A stretch of DNA of 64,000 bases from Capsulimonadaceae bacterium (GCA_965215505.1 OZ244065.1:4512001-4576000); one strand, 5' to 3'. Positions 1 to 10,681 are shown, numbered from the stretch's first letter. Program-made: numbers and translations. The notes: a model not told the origin generated them from the sequence alone.

Positions 1-26
1 CGTTCACCTGGGGCGAAACCACGCAC

Positions 27-1574
27 ATGGCAGACGCCGGCTGGGGGCGCATGACGCCGCTCAAAGACGGCCGCTGGCTGGGCGTCAACGCGCTCTATCC
101 CCATCCCAACAGTATCCTGCAACTGGAGATCAGCGCCGACAAGGCGCGGACCTGGACGCCCCTTGCCACCGTCGCCGAGCCGGGGCGCAACCTGGACAAC
201 GGCGAGGTCATCCAACTGCCCAATGGCGACCTGCTGCTGACGGGCCGGTCGGTCGTGGACGGGCCGGGCCGGCCCCGCTCGTACCACCTGCCGGTCTACC
301 GAAGTGCGGACGGCGGCAAGACCTGGACCTTCCAGAGCCAGATAGACACCTCGGAGCCGCCGCCGGCCCAAGCGCGGCACCCCTCGGTCGGGCTGTGGGA
401 GCCGCACTTCTTTTTTCTTCCTGACGGCAAACTCGCCTGTGCCTATGCCAACGAGAAACCCGCGGTCGCCACGCCCGCCTACAGCCAGATCGTCTCGGAA
501 AAGGTGTCGCCGGACGAAGGGAAGACGTGGGGGCCGGAGATCGTCCTGGCCGCCCAGGTCGGCGGCGGCGGGCAGCGGCCCGGAATGCCCGTCTTGACCC
601 GCCTGTCGAACGGCCAGTACATGGCCGTGTATGAAGTCGTCGGGGTGGGGGACGCCGACGTCTACTTCAAGACCTCGCGCGACGGCGTCACCTGGCCGCC
701 CGGCATCGGCGTCCGTATTCCCTGCCAGCACGCGGGGCCGTGGGTGACGACGCTGACGAGTGGCCGCGTGGTCGTCACTTCCTGCGAGAACCAGATCTCC
801 ACCAGCGACGACGACGGGGCGACCTGGCTCCTGGCGACCCCACCCGCCTGGCCCATCGGCCACGTCCTCACCTGGCCCGCCCTCTACCAGACCGCCCCGG
901 ACACGCTGGCCGCGATGAACACCTATCACGGCGTCAACATCCGGTGGGGGAAGATCATCCCCGTCAAACCCTGGCCCGCCCTCTTCACCTCGGATTTCGC
1001 GGCGGGGGATGACGATGGCTGGACCCGGTACGGCGGCCACACCGGGTTCGCCGGCGGGGCTTACCTCCTGAACAACGCCGGCACGACCGGCAAGTCGCTG
1101 ACGGGCGATCCCGCCTGGCACGACGGGACCTTGGAGGCCGACGTGATGCTGACCTCGGCGGGGAACGCAGGCCTGATGTTCCGCACGACGAACGCCGACC
1201 TCTCCGGCCCGGACTCGTTCTCCGGGTACTACGTCGGCCTGGACTCGACCGGCAGCGTCTTCCTCAGCCGCTCGGTGAATAATTATACCGAACTTGCGCG
1301 CGCCCCCCTGGACGTGCCGCTCAACACCTGGCAGCATGTGAGAATCGTCCTGCGCGGGGCTACCCTCGCCGTGTATGTGGGCGACAGCAAGACGCCCACC
1401 CTGCGCGTCTCGGACAGCTTTTTCCTTCGTGGCCAGATCGGCGTCCGCGCCCACAACTGCAACGCCGCGTTCCGGCGGGTGCGGTTCCAGAGCGCGGCGG
1501 CTGTATCGCCTGGGGGCGGGCGTCGGCGTGAAGGGCAGGCACGGGGGCCTGCCCCTACGTTTCGTGGGCGGTAG
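27..1574 (+). CDS. Sialidase-like (BNR/Asp-box) beta-propeller protein with C-terminal DUF1080-like beta-sandwich; probably 5'-truncated by the window edge
   Basis: Repeated Asp-boxes (SADKARTW, SADGGKTW, SPDEGKTW, SRDGVTW, SDDDGATW); C-terminal NAGLMFR...WQHVRI...GQIGVR. Confidence 0.75.
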   Translation: MADAGWGRMTPLKDGRWLGVNALYPHPNSILQLEISADKARTWTPLATVAEPGRNLDNGEVIQLPNGDLLLTGRSVVDGPGRPRSYHLPVYRSADGGKTWTFQSQIDTSEPPPAQARHPSVGLWEPHFFFLPDGKLACAYANEKPAVATPAYSQIVSEKVSPDEGKTWGPEIVLAAQVGGGGQRPGMPVLTRLSNGQYMAVYEVVGVGDADVYFKTSRDGVTWPPGIGVRIPCQHAGPWVTTLTSGRVVVTSCENQISTSDDDGATWLLATPPAWPIGHVLTWPALYQTAPDTLAAMNTYHGVNIRWGKIIPVKPWPALFTSDFAAGDDDGWTRYGGHTGFAGGAYLLNNAGTTGKSLTGDPAWHDGTLEADVMLTSAGNAGLMFRTTNADLSGPDSFSGYYVGLDSTGSVFLSRSVNNYTELARAPLDVPLNTWQHVRIVLRGATLAVYVGDSKTPTLRVSDSFFLRGQIGVRAHNCNAAFRRVRFQSAAAVSPGGGRRREGQARGPAPTFRGR

Positions 1575-1596
1575 GGGCGGCCCCCCGTGGCCGCCC
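1533..1596. repeat. GTAG-family REP dyad
   Basis: Inverted pair GGGCAGGCACGGGGGCCTGCCCCTAC (1533-1558) and GTAGGGGCGGCCCCCCGTGGCCGCCC (1571-1596), each a hairpin with a GTAG foot, between convergent genes. Confidence 0.75.
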
Positions 1597-1636
1597 TTTC
1601 CCTCCGCGCCCAATTTCCCGCCTTTTTCCCCGTCGC

Positions 1637-2656
1637 CTACACCACCCACCACGCCTTAGCCGCCGCGACGCGCGCCACCGACTCGTCAACCCGCGACTCG
1701 GACAGCCGCCCCGTCTCGACGGCCCCAACCAGCGCCCGCTGAATCTGCCGCTGCGTCTCCCAGGTGTGGCAGCAGAGCAGGACATCCGCCCCGGCAAGCA
1801 CCGCCAGCACGGCAGCCTCGGCAGCCCCCCAGCCGTCGGCCACGCCCTTCATTTCCAGATCGTCCGTGATGACCAGGCCCTCAAACCCTAGCTCCCCGCG
1901 CAGCAGCCCCGTCAGGATGGCCGGGGACAGTGTCGCGGGCAGGTGGGCGTCGAGGGCCGGGAACAGGATGTGCGAGGTCATCACGGCCGAAAGCCCCGCC
2001 GCCAACGCCGCCCGAAAGGGGACCAGTTCCACCGCCTCCAGCCGCGCCCGGCCAATCCCAATGCGCGGCAAAGCGTGGTGCGAATCCGTGTCCGTGTCGC
2101 CGTGTCCGGGGAAGTGCTTGCCGCAGGCCAGGATGCCCGCGTCCTCCTGGAACCCGCGCACGGCCGCCGCCCCCATCGCGGCAACGAGGGCAGGGTCGGA
2201 GCCATACGCCCGGTCCCCGATGACCGGGTTCTTCGGGTTGTTGTTCACGTCCAAGACCGGCGCGAAGTCCCAGTTGAACCCCACCGCCCGCAGCCCCTCG
2301 CCGATTTGCCGTGCCGCCGCCCGTGCCTGCTCTGGGTCCTGCGTGTCGCCGACCACGCGGGCGGCGGGGTGGGCGGGATAGTACGGCGGGCCGAGCCGCT
2401 GGACGCGCCCCCCCTCCTGGTCCACGGCCACGAACAGCGGCGGCAGGCCGTTCGCCTTCGCCCGCGCCTGAATCTCCGCGATTGTCGCCCGAGTCTGGTC
2501 AGGCGGCCCGACATTGCGGCCCATCAGGACGATGCCGCCCACGGCGAACTCGTCCACCAATGCGGCGGCATGGGCGTTGACGGTGCGGCTCCCTTCCGGC
2601 GTGTCGCCGGACCAGCCGAACAGGAGCATCTGGCCGATTTTATCGTGGAGTGTCAT
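1637..2656 (-). CDS. nagZ: Beta-N-acetylhexosaminidase (GH3)
   Basis: DQEGGRV, FAPVLD, KHFPGHG-x-T-x-x-DSH and TDDL motifs; near anmK. Confidence 0.92.
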   Translation of the reverse strand: MTLHDKIGQMLLFGWSGDTPEGSRTVNAHAAALVDEFAVGGIVLMGRNVGPPDQTRATIAEIQARAKANGLPPLFVAVDQEGGRVQRLGPPYYPAHPAARVVGDTQDPEQARAAARQIGEGLRAVGFNWDFAPVLDVNNNPKNPVIGDRAYGSDPALVAAMGAAAVRGFQEDAGILACGKHFPGHGDTDTDSHHALPRIGIGRARLEAVELVPFRAALAAGLSAVMTSHILFPALDAHLPATLSPAILTGLLRGELGFEGLVITDDLEMKGVADGWGAAEAAVLAVLAGADVLLCCHTWETQRQIQRALVGAVETGRLSESRVDESVARVAAAKAWWVV

Positions 2657-2662
2657 GGTAGG

Positions 2663-4111
2663 TTAATGGATATCCGGGGGCGGCGTGTCCGAGACCGGCA
2701 CGGTGAAGGTCATCGGGATCGTCTGAAGGTCCACGCGCTGGTGGATGATGACGGTGAAGTCTTTAAGGACCGGCGGCGGGTCAAGAAACAGAGGGACACG
2801 GGGAGCGCCCTTCGGCTGGGGGTAGTGCCATGCCGGGTTCTTCGGAGGCCACATGCTGTACGTCCGCGTGTCTCCAGGAGCGTCGATGTAGCCGTCCGCA
2901 TCATAAGGCGGTGCGAACTTGACGCTGACTTCGACTGGCTTCCCGAACTGGCGCACGAGCGGGGACTGGGGGAGATCGCTCGGTGCAGCGGTATGTCGGG
3001 CCGTGATCTTAAGGTTGATCCTCTCACCCATCACGGCACTTGTATCACGACTCTGCGCTGGAAGCGTCACGACGACGCCGCTCGGCGTCGTGAGAGTCAC
3101 AGGGCGCGCGAGTACAAAGGTGTAGGTCCTCAAAGGCCAGTCCCTAGGGTTGCCCGTGTCTCCCTTGACGGCCAGGTTGTGGAACGTCACCTGCTCATCG
3201 TAGGTTTCAAACTGGTGCAGCTCGCAGTCTACCTGCACATACCGGCTTGCAGAGCGGTAGGGAGCAGGGAAGCGGGCGGCATGGCCACTGGAGTACACGT
3301 CGTCCTGCTTCATAAAGATGCCCCCGCGTCCCAAAATCGGCGGCCAGGTGGTGGCACCGTCCGGTCGGGGCCGATCAAACTTTTCCCACTCCGACCACTG
3401 ATCGTTGGTCGCGAGTTCCCATTGATGGGAGTCGTTCGGCAGAATCGGACGTATCTGAGTGAATATCTGATGCCGACCTCGCCAGGCGCGCGCCGTGGTA
3501 GTGATGCCGTCTTTTGTCACGCTGTCCGCGATCTGGGGCGCATCAGGGATCGCATGGCGCATGTTCGGCAGGCGCTTGATGCGCCAGCGGGGGAAGGGGC
3601 CAGTGCTGGGGACGAGCGTCACGTTCATGTACCGGCACTCGCTGGAATAGCCGCCGGGGACTTCAACGCGGTAAAACTGTGGCCCCGACTGAGTGCCGAC
3701 GATCTTCCAGTTCAGCGGCGTGACATCGCCATTTGAGGTCTGGGCCGAGGCTTGCATGGGAGGCATTCTGCTGTCGTAGTTGTCGCCATAGTAAGAAGTG
3801 CCATCAGAACTTTGGGATTGGGCGGTGAGGCGCGGGAAGGCGGGCGGGCGGATGAGGAGAACTGCGGCGTCCTCTCTGTCATCGCCCCATGGCCCGTCAT
3901 TGTTGCCCGGAGTCTTGATTTCTTTCAGGGTGAAGCCGTTCTGTGTGCGCGGCGTGGAGGCGTCCAAAACCGGCGGCAGGTGCAGGACGTTGACCCAGCC
4001 GCCGCGCGCTGTGACGTACCAGGCTGCCGCACTCGCTATCAGGAGCGTGATCAGGGCGAATCGCCGCAACGGGCGCTGCCATAGGGAACGAAGTAGCGGG
4101 CGCATTGCCAT
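2663..4111 (-). CDS. Hypothetical membrane-anchored or secreted protein
   Basis: 482-aa ORF with N-terminal hydrophobic helix, co-oriented between anmK and nagZ; no recognisable motif. Confidence 0.7.
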   Translation of the reverse strand: MAMRPLLRSLWQRPLRRFALITLLIASAAAWYVTARGGWVNVLHLPPVLDASTPRTQNGFTLKEIKTPGNNDGPWGDDREDAAVLLIRPPAFPRLTAQSQSSDGTSYYGDNYDSRMPPMQASAQTSNGDVTPLNWKIVGTQSGPQFYRVEVPGGYSSECRYMNVTLVPSTGPFPRWRIKRLPNMRHAIPDAPQIADSVTKDGITTTARAWRGRHQIFTQIRPILPNDSHQWELATNDQWSEWEKFDRPRPDGATTWPPILGRGGIFMKQDDVYSSGHAARFPAPYRSASRYVQVDCELHQFETYDEQVTFHNLAVKGDTGNPRDWPLRTYTFVLARPVTLTTPSGVVVTLPAQSRDTSAVMGERINLKITARHTAAPSDLPQSPLVRQFGKPVEVSVKFAPPYDADGYIDAPGDTRTYSMWPPKNPAWHYPQPKGAPRVPLFLDPPPVLKDFTVIIHQRVDLQTIPMTFTVPVSDTPPPDIH

Positions 4112-4150
4112 GATCGCTTGTTCGCGCTCCGGCAGCCGATCTCCTGCTCC

Positions 4151-5314
4151 CTACGGCAGTGTCACCACGCCCAGCAGGCGCGGGCCGCGCGCGCCGGTGG
4201 CGGCGGAGACGTTGGCGGGGATGCCGTGCATCCGGGCGGCGGCGAGCAGGGCGAAGGCGAGGCTTTCCTTCGCCCCGGCGGGGATGACGCCTGCACTGGT
4301 GGGGAAGGTGTCGTGGGTCTCGACGGTGACGGCCGGCAGGGCGGAACGGAGGCCGTCCATCAGGGCGCGGTTATGCGTCCCGCCGCCCCCCGCGATCAGG
4401 CGGTCGGGGAGGCGGGGGAGGAAGGCGCGCAGGGCGTGGGCGATGCTGTCCACAGTGAGCCGAGTCGCCGTGGCGAGGGAGTTGGCGGGGGACAAGTGGG
4501 CGGCTAGGCGCAGGAGATCGGCGACATAGGCGGGGCTGAACAGTTCCGCGCCGGTGCTTTTGGGCGGCGGCAGGGTGTAATAGGGGTGCTGCAAAAGGCG
4601 CGCGAGCAGGGCGGGGTCGGGACGGCCCGAGGCGGCCAGCGCGCCCTCTTTGTCATACGGCTGCCCGGTGAGGGCGATGGCAAGGCCGTCCAGGATGAGG
4701 TTGCCGGGGCCGGTGTCGAAGGCCAGCGTGTCGGCCAGCGCGCCGCCTGCGGGCAGGAAGGCGACGTTTGCGATGCCGCCCAGGTTCAGGGCGACGCGGG
4801 TTTCCGTCGGCGAATGCAGCAGCGCGTAGTCGGCGAACGGCACGAGCGGTGCGCCCTCGCCGCCCGCCGCCATGTCGCGGGCGCGGAAGTCGGAGACGAC
4901 GGGGCAGCCGAGACGTTCGGCAAGCATGGCGGGCTGGCCGAGCTGGAGCGTATTCGGGACGGGAGCGCCCGACGAGGGCGGGGCGTGCCACACGGTCTGC
5001 CCGTGCAGGCCCAGCGCGGCGAGTTGGGCAGTCTTGATGCCTGCCTCCAAAGCGGCTCGGAGGACGGCGTTGGCGTAGACTTCGCCGAGTTCGTAATGCA
5101 GTGCGGCGATCTCGCCGACGGGGACGGGTTGGCCCGCCCGGACGGCCTGAAGGCGGGCGCGTAAGGCATCGGGATAAGGGGCAAAGGCGGTTCCGCGCAG
5201 GGCGATGGCGAAGCGCGGGCGGGCCGGGTCAGCGCCCAAGACGGCGATGTCGGCGAACGCGGTGTCCATGCCGTCGAGGCTGGTGCCCGACATGAGGCCG
5301 GCGTAGAGCGTCAT
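4151..5314 (-). CDS. anmK: Anhydro-N-acetylmuramic acid kinase
   Basis: GLMSGTSLDG, HGQT, GGEGAPLVP, FDTGPGN motifs; start at MTLYAG overlaps the upstream stop (ATGA). Confidence 0.95.
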   Translation of the reverse strand: MTLYAGLMSGTSLDGMDTAFADIAVLGADPARPRFAIALRGTAFAPYPDALRARLQAVRAGQPVPVGEIAALHYELGEVYANAVLRAALEAGIKTAQLAALGLHGQTVWHAPPSSGAPVPNTLQLGQPAMLAERLGCPVVSDFRARDMAAGGEGAPLVPFADYALLHSPTETRVALNLGGIANVAFLPAGGALADTLAFDTGPGNLILDGLAIALTGQPYDKEGALAASGRPDPALLARLLQHPYYTLPPPKSTGAELFSPAYVADLLRLAAHLSPANSLATATRLTVDSIAHALRAFLPRLPDRLIAGGGGTHNRALMDGLRSALPAVTVETHDTFPTSAGVIPAGAKESLAFALLAAARMHGIPANVSAATGARGPRLLGVVTLP

Positions 5315-6774
5315 TGCCGCGCCGCCTGCCGCCCGTTGTCCACCCAGATGCGGGTGTGGGTGGGGGGGGGCAATGTCTGGTCGCCCGCGTCCTGGGCCAG
5401 CGCCTCGATAACGTACTCGCCGTCGGGGACGGAGCGCGTGTTCCAGGAGAAGACGTAAGGGGCCGAGTTGGTGACGCCCCGCAACTGGCCGTCCACATAG
5501 AAAGCGACGTAGGCGGTGCGGCGGTCGGGAGTGGCGGCGGTGAGGGTGATCAGGCCGCGCGTCACCATCGTCTTGCCCGCGCGGGCGGCGGCCAGGGCGG
5601 TGGCGGCGTAGTCGCGCTCGGCGACGGCGATCTCCCCCTTGCGCCAGGCCGCATCGCCCGGCTCGTCCCGAACCAGGCGCAGGGCGGTGACGTCGGCCAA
5701 GCCCAGCGTGTGGTCGCCGATGACGGTGGGCATCGCCTGCCATGGGCCGTGGCGGCGCTGAACCTCGGCCCGCCAGGAGTGGCCGGGCTGGTCCCGGCTC
5801 CAGGCCAGGTCGAAGTAGCCGTAGAAGAGCGGCGGCGTCCCTTCCATTTCGGGCGCGGGCGGCTTCTTGCGGGACCCGATGACAAGAACGGAGGGTGCGC
5901 CCGCACCGTCCCCCTGGGCGTTATGGTAGGCGGGCTGGATCTGGAAGCCACCGCGCCGCTCCGGGCCGATTCCCTCGAACAGCGGCGAGGTCGTGACCGG
6001 GGCCGTCGAGACCGTCAGCACGCCGTCGTGGTTCGTGTTCAGCGCCCCGACGCCCGTATACGAGCAGCCGTCGTAGCGGCCCACGCCGACGACGGGCTTG
6101 ACGACGTGCGTCAGCAGTTTCGTCGTCCGGTCGGCGAAGGTCGCCCGCACCTCTCCGCCCGCCACGTTGTCGAAAAACACCTCTTTGAGCGGGTTGGCCG
6201 GGGCGAGGGCGCGGATGAGAAGAACGTCGCCTTCGTGCGGTATGTAGTTGAGCGGGAGCGGCATCGAGTCCCCACCCACTTTGTTCTCCAGCGACACGGG
6301 GTTGCCGACGAAGGGGCTGAGGTCGCGGAAGATGCCGGTGCCGACGGGAATGTTGGTGTAGATGCCGGACAGGCCCGAGACGTGCCCGCCGAACAGGTTG
6401 GGCGTCTGGGCGAACTCGCGCGGCAAAATGTTGATGAGCAGCGGGTCGGGCGCGTCCAGATCGCCCACCCGTATCCGCAGGCCGTGGACGGCAACGGCGG
6501 CGACCGTGCCGGGCTGGGCGTAGCCGCTGGCCGAGTAGCCCATCAGGCTCTCCGTCGCGGGCGCGGTGACGCGCCCGACGAGGTGCCAGGTCTTGCCGGT
6601 ATCGCTTGAAACCTGGATCGCGCCGTCAATGCTGTTGACGATGCGGATGCGGTGCGTCTCCACCTGCGTGAACGGGGCAAAGGCCGGCGGCCTCTCGTCC
6701 GCACGGGCGGGGTGAGACGTAAGGAGGCTGGTGAGGAGAAGGAGAACGGAGAGCAGCAGGGCCGGGACGCGCAT
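5311..6774 (-). CDS. Secreted protein of unknown function with C-terminal Ig-like domain
   Basis: Signal peptide; C-terminal VAFYVDG...APYVFSWNT..VPDGEYVIEA Ig-like signature. Confidence 0.75.
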   Translation of the reverse strand: MRVPALLLSVLLLLTSLLTSHPARADERPPAFAPFTQVETHRIRIVNSIDGAIQVSSDTGKTWHLVGRVTAPATESLMGYSASGYAQPGTVAAVAVHGLRIRVGDLDAPDPLLINILPREFAQTPNLFGGHVSGLSGIYTNIPVGTGIFRDLSPFVGNPVSLENKVGGDSMPLPLNYIPHEGDVLLIRALAPANPLKEVFFDNVAGGEVRATFADRTTKLLTHVVKPVVGVGRYDGCSYTGVGALNTNHDGVLTVSTAPVTTSPLFEGIGPERRGGFQIQPAYHNAQGDGAGAPSVLVIGSRKKPPAPEMEGTPPLFYGYFDLAWSRDQPGHSWRAEVQRRHGPWQAMPTVIGDHTLGLADVTALRLVRDEPGDAAWRKGEIAVAERDYAATALAAARAGKTMVTRGLITLTAATPDRRTAYVAFYVDGQLRGVTNSAPYVFSWNTRSVPDGEYVIEALAQDAGDQTLPPPTHTRIWVDNGRQAARQ

Positions 6775-6796
6775 GGGGTGAGTATACCCGACACGG

Positions 6797-6842
6797 ACCT
6801 AACCCCGGCCCAAGGGCCGACCCTTCCCCGTCAAGGAAGGGG
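6797..6842. repeat. REP-like double hairpin, copy 1
   Basis: ACCTAACCCCGGCCCAAGGGCCGACCCTTCCCCGTCAAGGAAGGGG; reverse-complement relative at 18175-18217. Confidence 0.65.
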
Positions 6843-6844
6843 CT

Positions 6845-7188
6845 GGAAGGGATGCTTGAGCGCGGGCCGCGCGTCTCGGCGACCGCCTTCACGAACGGGC
6901 CGCCGAGGTCTGCGAGCAGCGTGGCCGAGGCCCGCCCGCCGTCGTTGAAGAGGATCGGATGCTGCTGGTCCAGCGGGGGCCGGTTTGTCTGGTTGCAGTA
7001 GCCGCCCAAGACTTCGAGCGTGCCGCCGTTCTGCCGCAGCAGCGTCTCAGGAAACGTGATGTCCGGCCCCCGCTCTGGTCCCCCGTCCGCGCGGCATGGG
7101 CGGGGTTGGGGAGGGCAGTCAGGGCCAGGATCAGGAAGAAAATCGCCATTCGGAGGAGCGCGGCACGGGCGCGGTGGGTGTAGGTCAT
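6845..7188 (-). pseudogene. Frameshifted or truncated secreted-protein gene fragment
   Basis: Signal-peptide frame (MTYTHR...AHA) appears to switch at a G run near 7065-7085 into PDITFPETLLRQNGGTLEVLGGYC, then runs into the REP. Confidence 0.35.
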
Positions 7189-7262
7189 GGGGGCAGTCTT
7201 TCCGCGCCGTGGCCTGGTTCTCCTGCCTGGCGTGCAGGCGGCCAAGAGCAGGACGAGAACAG

Positions 7263-7402
7263 GCCGAGTGATTGAAATCACTCGCTACGTTAGGATTTGT
7301 CCAGGGGACAATCGGACAGAGGGAGGCTGCCCCCGACTACTGTACTCCCTCTTCTGTCCCCTGGACAGGTCCGGCGTCAGCGAGTGATTTCAATCACTCG
7401 GC
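7263..7402. repeat. REPIN-like long hairpin (GTAG REP with TTTCAA loop)
   Basis: GCCGAGTGATTGAAATCACTCGCTAC (7263-7288) inverted against AGCGAGTGATTTCAATCACTCGGC (7379-7402); inner arms TGTCCAGGGGACA/TGTCCCCTGGACA. Confidence 0.75.
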
Positions 7403-7494
7403 CCACATCTTTGTCCCACATTCTTGTCCCACACCCTTCCGGCCCGGAAGTCCGCCCGCGAACCCTTTTGCCCCCGGGCCCCGTTATCACAGCC

Positions 7495-8256
7495 ATGACA
7501 CCCACACGCCGCCCCGGCTTTACGCTGATCGATCTGCTCGTCGTCCTGGCGATCCTCGCCGTCATCATGGCGATCCTGTTTCCCGTCTTCGTCCATGTGC
7601 GCGAACGGGCGTGGCAGGCGACGTGCGCCTCCAACCTGCGGCAGATCGGGATCGCGACGATGCAGTACGCGGGCGACAGCGACGGCGTACTGTTTAATGC
7701 GCTGCCTCACGCTGATGCCGGCGGCGTCACGCATTGGAGTTTCTGTTCCGAGCAGACGCCGGGCACGCCCGAGGTTAGGGTTGACGCCTCCTGCGGCCCA
7801 TTGGGTCCTTTCCTCAAGAGCGCGAGCATCTGGCAGTGTCCGTCCGCGTCGGGAGTGAAGGCCGCAGACTATTACACGGCTGTGCCCCCCGCTTACGGCC
7901 TTAACATCGCGTATGTGCGGGTGGAGATCAGCCAGGGACACCCTACATCCCTCGCCCAAGTCGCGGCTCCTTCAGAAACCATCCTCGTCGCCGACAGCGC
8001 CGCCGCCTCTTCGGGGGCGGCGACATGGGCTAAATATATTTTCCTGCCCTCCGATCACGAGCCTGCCGTTCACGGGCTGCATTCGGGGATGGCGAACGTC
8101 CTGTGGCTCGACGGCCATGTCAAGGCCCGGAGGCCGGTCGGCCCGGACGCACAACATCAGGCGCTAAACATCGGCGACATCCTGAAAGGTTCTTACACAG
8201 GGAACGCGCAGGCCGACGACTACTATTACGAGCTGGTAAAGCCTTCGGGGAAGTAG
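7495..8256 (+). CDS. Prepilin-type N-terminal cleavage / H-X9-DG (DUF1559-like) protein
   Basis: GFTLIDLLVVLAILAVIMAILFPVF, C.SNLRQIG and H-SGMANVLWLDGHVK motifs. Confidence 0.9.
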   Translation: MTPTRRPGFTLIDLLVVLAILAVIMAILFPVFVHVRERAWQATCASNLRQIGIATMQYAGDSDGVLFNALPHADAGGVTHWSFCSEQTPGTPEVRVDASCGPLGPFLKSASIWQCPSASGVKAADYYTAVPPAYGLNIAYVRVEISQGHPTSLAQVAAPSETILVADSAAASSGAATWAKYIFLPSDHEPAVHGLHSGMANVLWLDGHVKARRPVGPDAQHQALNIGDILKGSYTGNAQADDYYYELVKPSGK

Positions 8257-8323
8257 CAGGTGTGAGCCGCCGCCCGCGCGGGCGTAACAGCCTTGCACAA
8301 AGCCATCATCAAGGGAGGACACT

Positions 8324-8680
8324 ATGGGAAACGCTTCGCTGGAAGGGCTGACGCTGCACGTCGCCGACCTGGACCGCTCCTTGGAGTTCTACGGCAAGAT
8401 ACCGGGGGCGTGCGTCGTGGACCACCGCCCCGGCGTGTTCGCGATGCTCCAGATCGGCAAGACCCGGCTGGGGCTGCTGGCGCGCGGGCAGAAATTGGGC
8501 TTTCACCTGGAGATCGAGACGGAGGACTTAGAGGCGATGTATACGCGCCTCCGGGCGGCGGGGATCGAGCCGAAGACGCCGCCGACGAAGCACCCCTGGG
8601 GAGAGGTGGACTTTACGGTCACGGACCCCGACGGCAATACAGTCGAGTTTGGGGAGCCGAGCGGGCGGGGCGGCGCTTAG
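8324..8680 (+). CDS. VOC/glyoxalase family protein
   Basis: LHVADLDRSLEFY and PWG...VTDPDGNTVE; GGAGG RBS. Confidence 0.9.
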   Translation: MGNASLEGLTLHVADLDRSLEFYGKIPGACVVDHRPGVFAMLQIGKTRLGLLARGQKLGFHLEIETEDLEAMYTRLRAAGIEPKTPPTKHPWGEVDFTVTDPDGNTVEFGEPSGRGGA

Positions 8681-8695
8681 GAGGTACGGATTCCG

Positions 8696-9673
8696 TCAGG
8701 CCTTGGCGGGAATCTGTTTCCGCAGGGTGGAGACGTACCAGTCCATAAACAGGTCCGCGTGTGGATGGACGAGGACCGTGACGTTCGGCGGGCCGTCGGT
8801 GATCCGCGTCAGGCCATTGTCATCCACCACGACGTGGTCCCGCTCCTCGTCGCAGAAGCTATGGCCGAGGCTATAAGCCACCGCCGCCACATCGTAGAGC
8901 GTCGGGGTGATCCCGCCCCACAGGTTTGTCAGGGCGGCCAGGGCATCCGTCCCCGGCGTCCCATCGGCGAAGAGGCGCTTCTGCCGCTCGGCGTCCAGGT
9001 GGAGCATCGTCGTGACCTCCAAGCCCGCCATTACCAGCGGCACCCCGCTCGTGAAGACGACGCGGGCGGCGGCCGGGTCGCGGCTGATGTTCCACTCCGG
9101 CCCGGTTGGGGCCTGGCCGTTGTAGCCGGTGTAGACCGCCCCGCCCATCAGCACGATGCGTCGTATCTTCGGCTTGACCTCGGGGTAGCGGGCCAGCAGG
9201 TCCCCCAGGTTCATCAGCGGGCCGATGCCGATCAGCGTGACCTGCCCAGGCGCGGCCTCTATCTGGGCCTTCAAGAACAGGACCGCGTCTCCCAACCGAA
9301 GGGTGGGGGACCGGAAGCCGCGCGCCCACTCGGACTGACGACCGATCACCGAGGCGCCTTTGCGGCCCGCGTAGACCGGGACATCGCTCCGCCCCAGGGC
9401 CGCCAACAGTTTGGCGGCGACCTGCGCCCGCTTCCCGGTCTCGCCGAAGGCGGTCGTCACCCCCAGCAGCTTCACATTGGGCGCGGAGGCCAGCAGGGCA
9501 AGCGCATAGGCGTCATCAATGTCATCCGCGATGTCCGTGTCCAGGATGACTTTTTCCTGCACCGCCACGGCAACCGGGGGCAGGGCGCGGCCCGGCCCGG
9601 CGGACAGGAGGAACGCGACCACCACGGCGGCCCACGCCGTCAGCCCCTGCGGCCATGTGCAGCGTGACCTCAC
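8696..9673 (-). CDS. Nucleoside hydrolase (IU-NH family), possibly exported
   Basis: [32 protein letters not shown] motifs; start uncertain, GTG overlapping the cysK stop assumed. Confidence 0.88.
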   Translation of the reverse strand: MRSRCTWPQGLTAWAAVVVAFLLSAGPGRALPPVAVAVQEKVILDTDIADDIDDAYALALLASAPNVKLLGVTTAFGETGKRAQVAAKLLAALGRSDVPVYAGRKGASVIGRQSEWARGFRSPTLRLGDAVLFLKAQIEAAPGQVTLIGIGPLMNLGDLLARYPEVKPKIRRIVLMGGAVYTGYNGQAPTGPEWNISRDPAAARVVFTSGVPLVMAGLEVTTMLHLDAERQKRLFADGTPGTDALAALTNLWGGITPTLYDVAAVAYSLGHSFCDEERDHVVVDDNGLTRITDGPPNVTVLVHPHADLFMDWYVSTLRKQIPAKA

Positions 9674-10626
9674 TGGTCGTCGCGCAGGTCCGCGAACAGG
9701 ATGGTGGACAGGTAGCGCTCGCCGTTGGAGGGGATGATGACGACGATCGTCTTCCCGGCGTTCTCGGGCCGGTGGGCCACCTGCATGGCGGCGCACATGG
9801 CGGAGCCAGAGGACAGGCCGATCAGGATGCCTTCCTCGAAGGCCGTGCGTCGCGCCCAGTGGACCGAGTCCTCGGTCGTCACCTGGATGACCTCGTCAAT
9901 GATGCTCATGTCCAGGTTGGCCGGGATGAACCCCGCGCCGATGCCTTGCAGTTTGTGCGGGCCGGGCTTCAGAGGCTGCCCCTCGCGGGTCTGGGTGATG
10001 ATCGGCGAGTCGCGCGGCTCGACCGCGATGGCCCGGAAGGACGGCTTGCGCGCCTTCAGCACCTCGGCGGTGCCGCTGATGGTGCCGCCGGTGCCGACGC
10101 CCGCCACCAAGATGTCCGCCGTGCCGTCCGTGTCGTTCCAAATCTCCTCCGCCGTCGTGGTGCGGTGGATGGCGGGGTTGGCGGGGTTCGTGAACTGCTG
10201 CGGGACGAACGAATACGGCGTCCGGGCGGCGATTCGCTCGGCCTCGGCGATGGCCCCGCGCATCCCTTCGGTGCCCGGCGTCAGGACAAGCTCGGCCCCG
10301 TAGCCGCGCAGCAGCAGGCGGCGCTCCATGCTCATGGTGTCCGGCATGGTCAGGATGCAGCGGTAGCCCTTGGCCGCGCAGGCGAAGGCCATGCCGATGC
10401 CCGTGTTGCCCGAGGTCGGCTCGACCACGACCGAGTCGGCCGTGAGGATGCCGCGCTTCTCGGCGTCGTCGAGCATGGCGACGGCGATGCGGTCCTTGAC
10501 CGAGGAGGCCGGGTTGAAAAACTCCAGCTTGGCGAGGACCGTGGCCGGTGCGCCGTCGGTGACGCGGTTCAGCTTGACCAGCGGCGTGAAGCCGACCAGA
10601 TCGGTGATACGCTCATATACCTTCAT
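9670..10626 (-). CDS. cysK: Cysteine synthase A
   Basis: PLP lysine motif [32 protein letters not shown]. Confidence 0.97.
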   Translation of the reverse strand: MKVYERITDLVGFTPLVKLNRVTDGAPATVLAKLEFFNPASSVKDRIAVAMLDDAEKRGILTADSVVVEPTSGNTGIGMAFACAAKGYRCILTMPDTMSMERRLLLRGYGAELVLTPGTEGMRGAIAEAERIAARTPYSFVPQQFTNPANPAIHRTTTAEEIWNDTDGTADILVAGVGTGGTISGTAEVLKARKPSFRAIAVEPRDSPIITQTREGQPLKPGPHKLQGIGAGFIPANLDMSIIDEVIQVTTEDSVHWARRTAFEEGILIGLSSGSAMCAAMQVAHRPENAGKTIVVIIPSNGERYLSTILFADLRDDQ

Positions 10627-10652
10627 GGGATTTGGGTTCCTTCTTTGGCCTG

Positions 10653-10681
10653 ATGATACCCAAAGGGGGGGTGGGTGTCAA
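10653..10681 (-). promoter_or_regulatory. Sigma70-type promoter of cysK
   Basis: TTGACA-N17-TATCAT on the minus strand, 26 nt upstream of the ATG. Confidence 0.8.

Noticed and set aside
1943-3736. 597-aa plus-strand ORF
   Set aside because: Antisense shadow of nagZ and its neighbour in high-GC DNA; no motifs.
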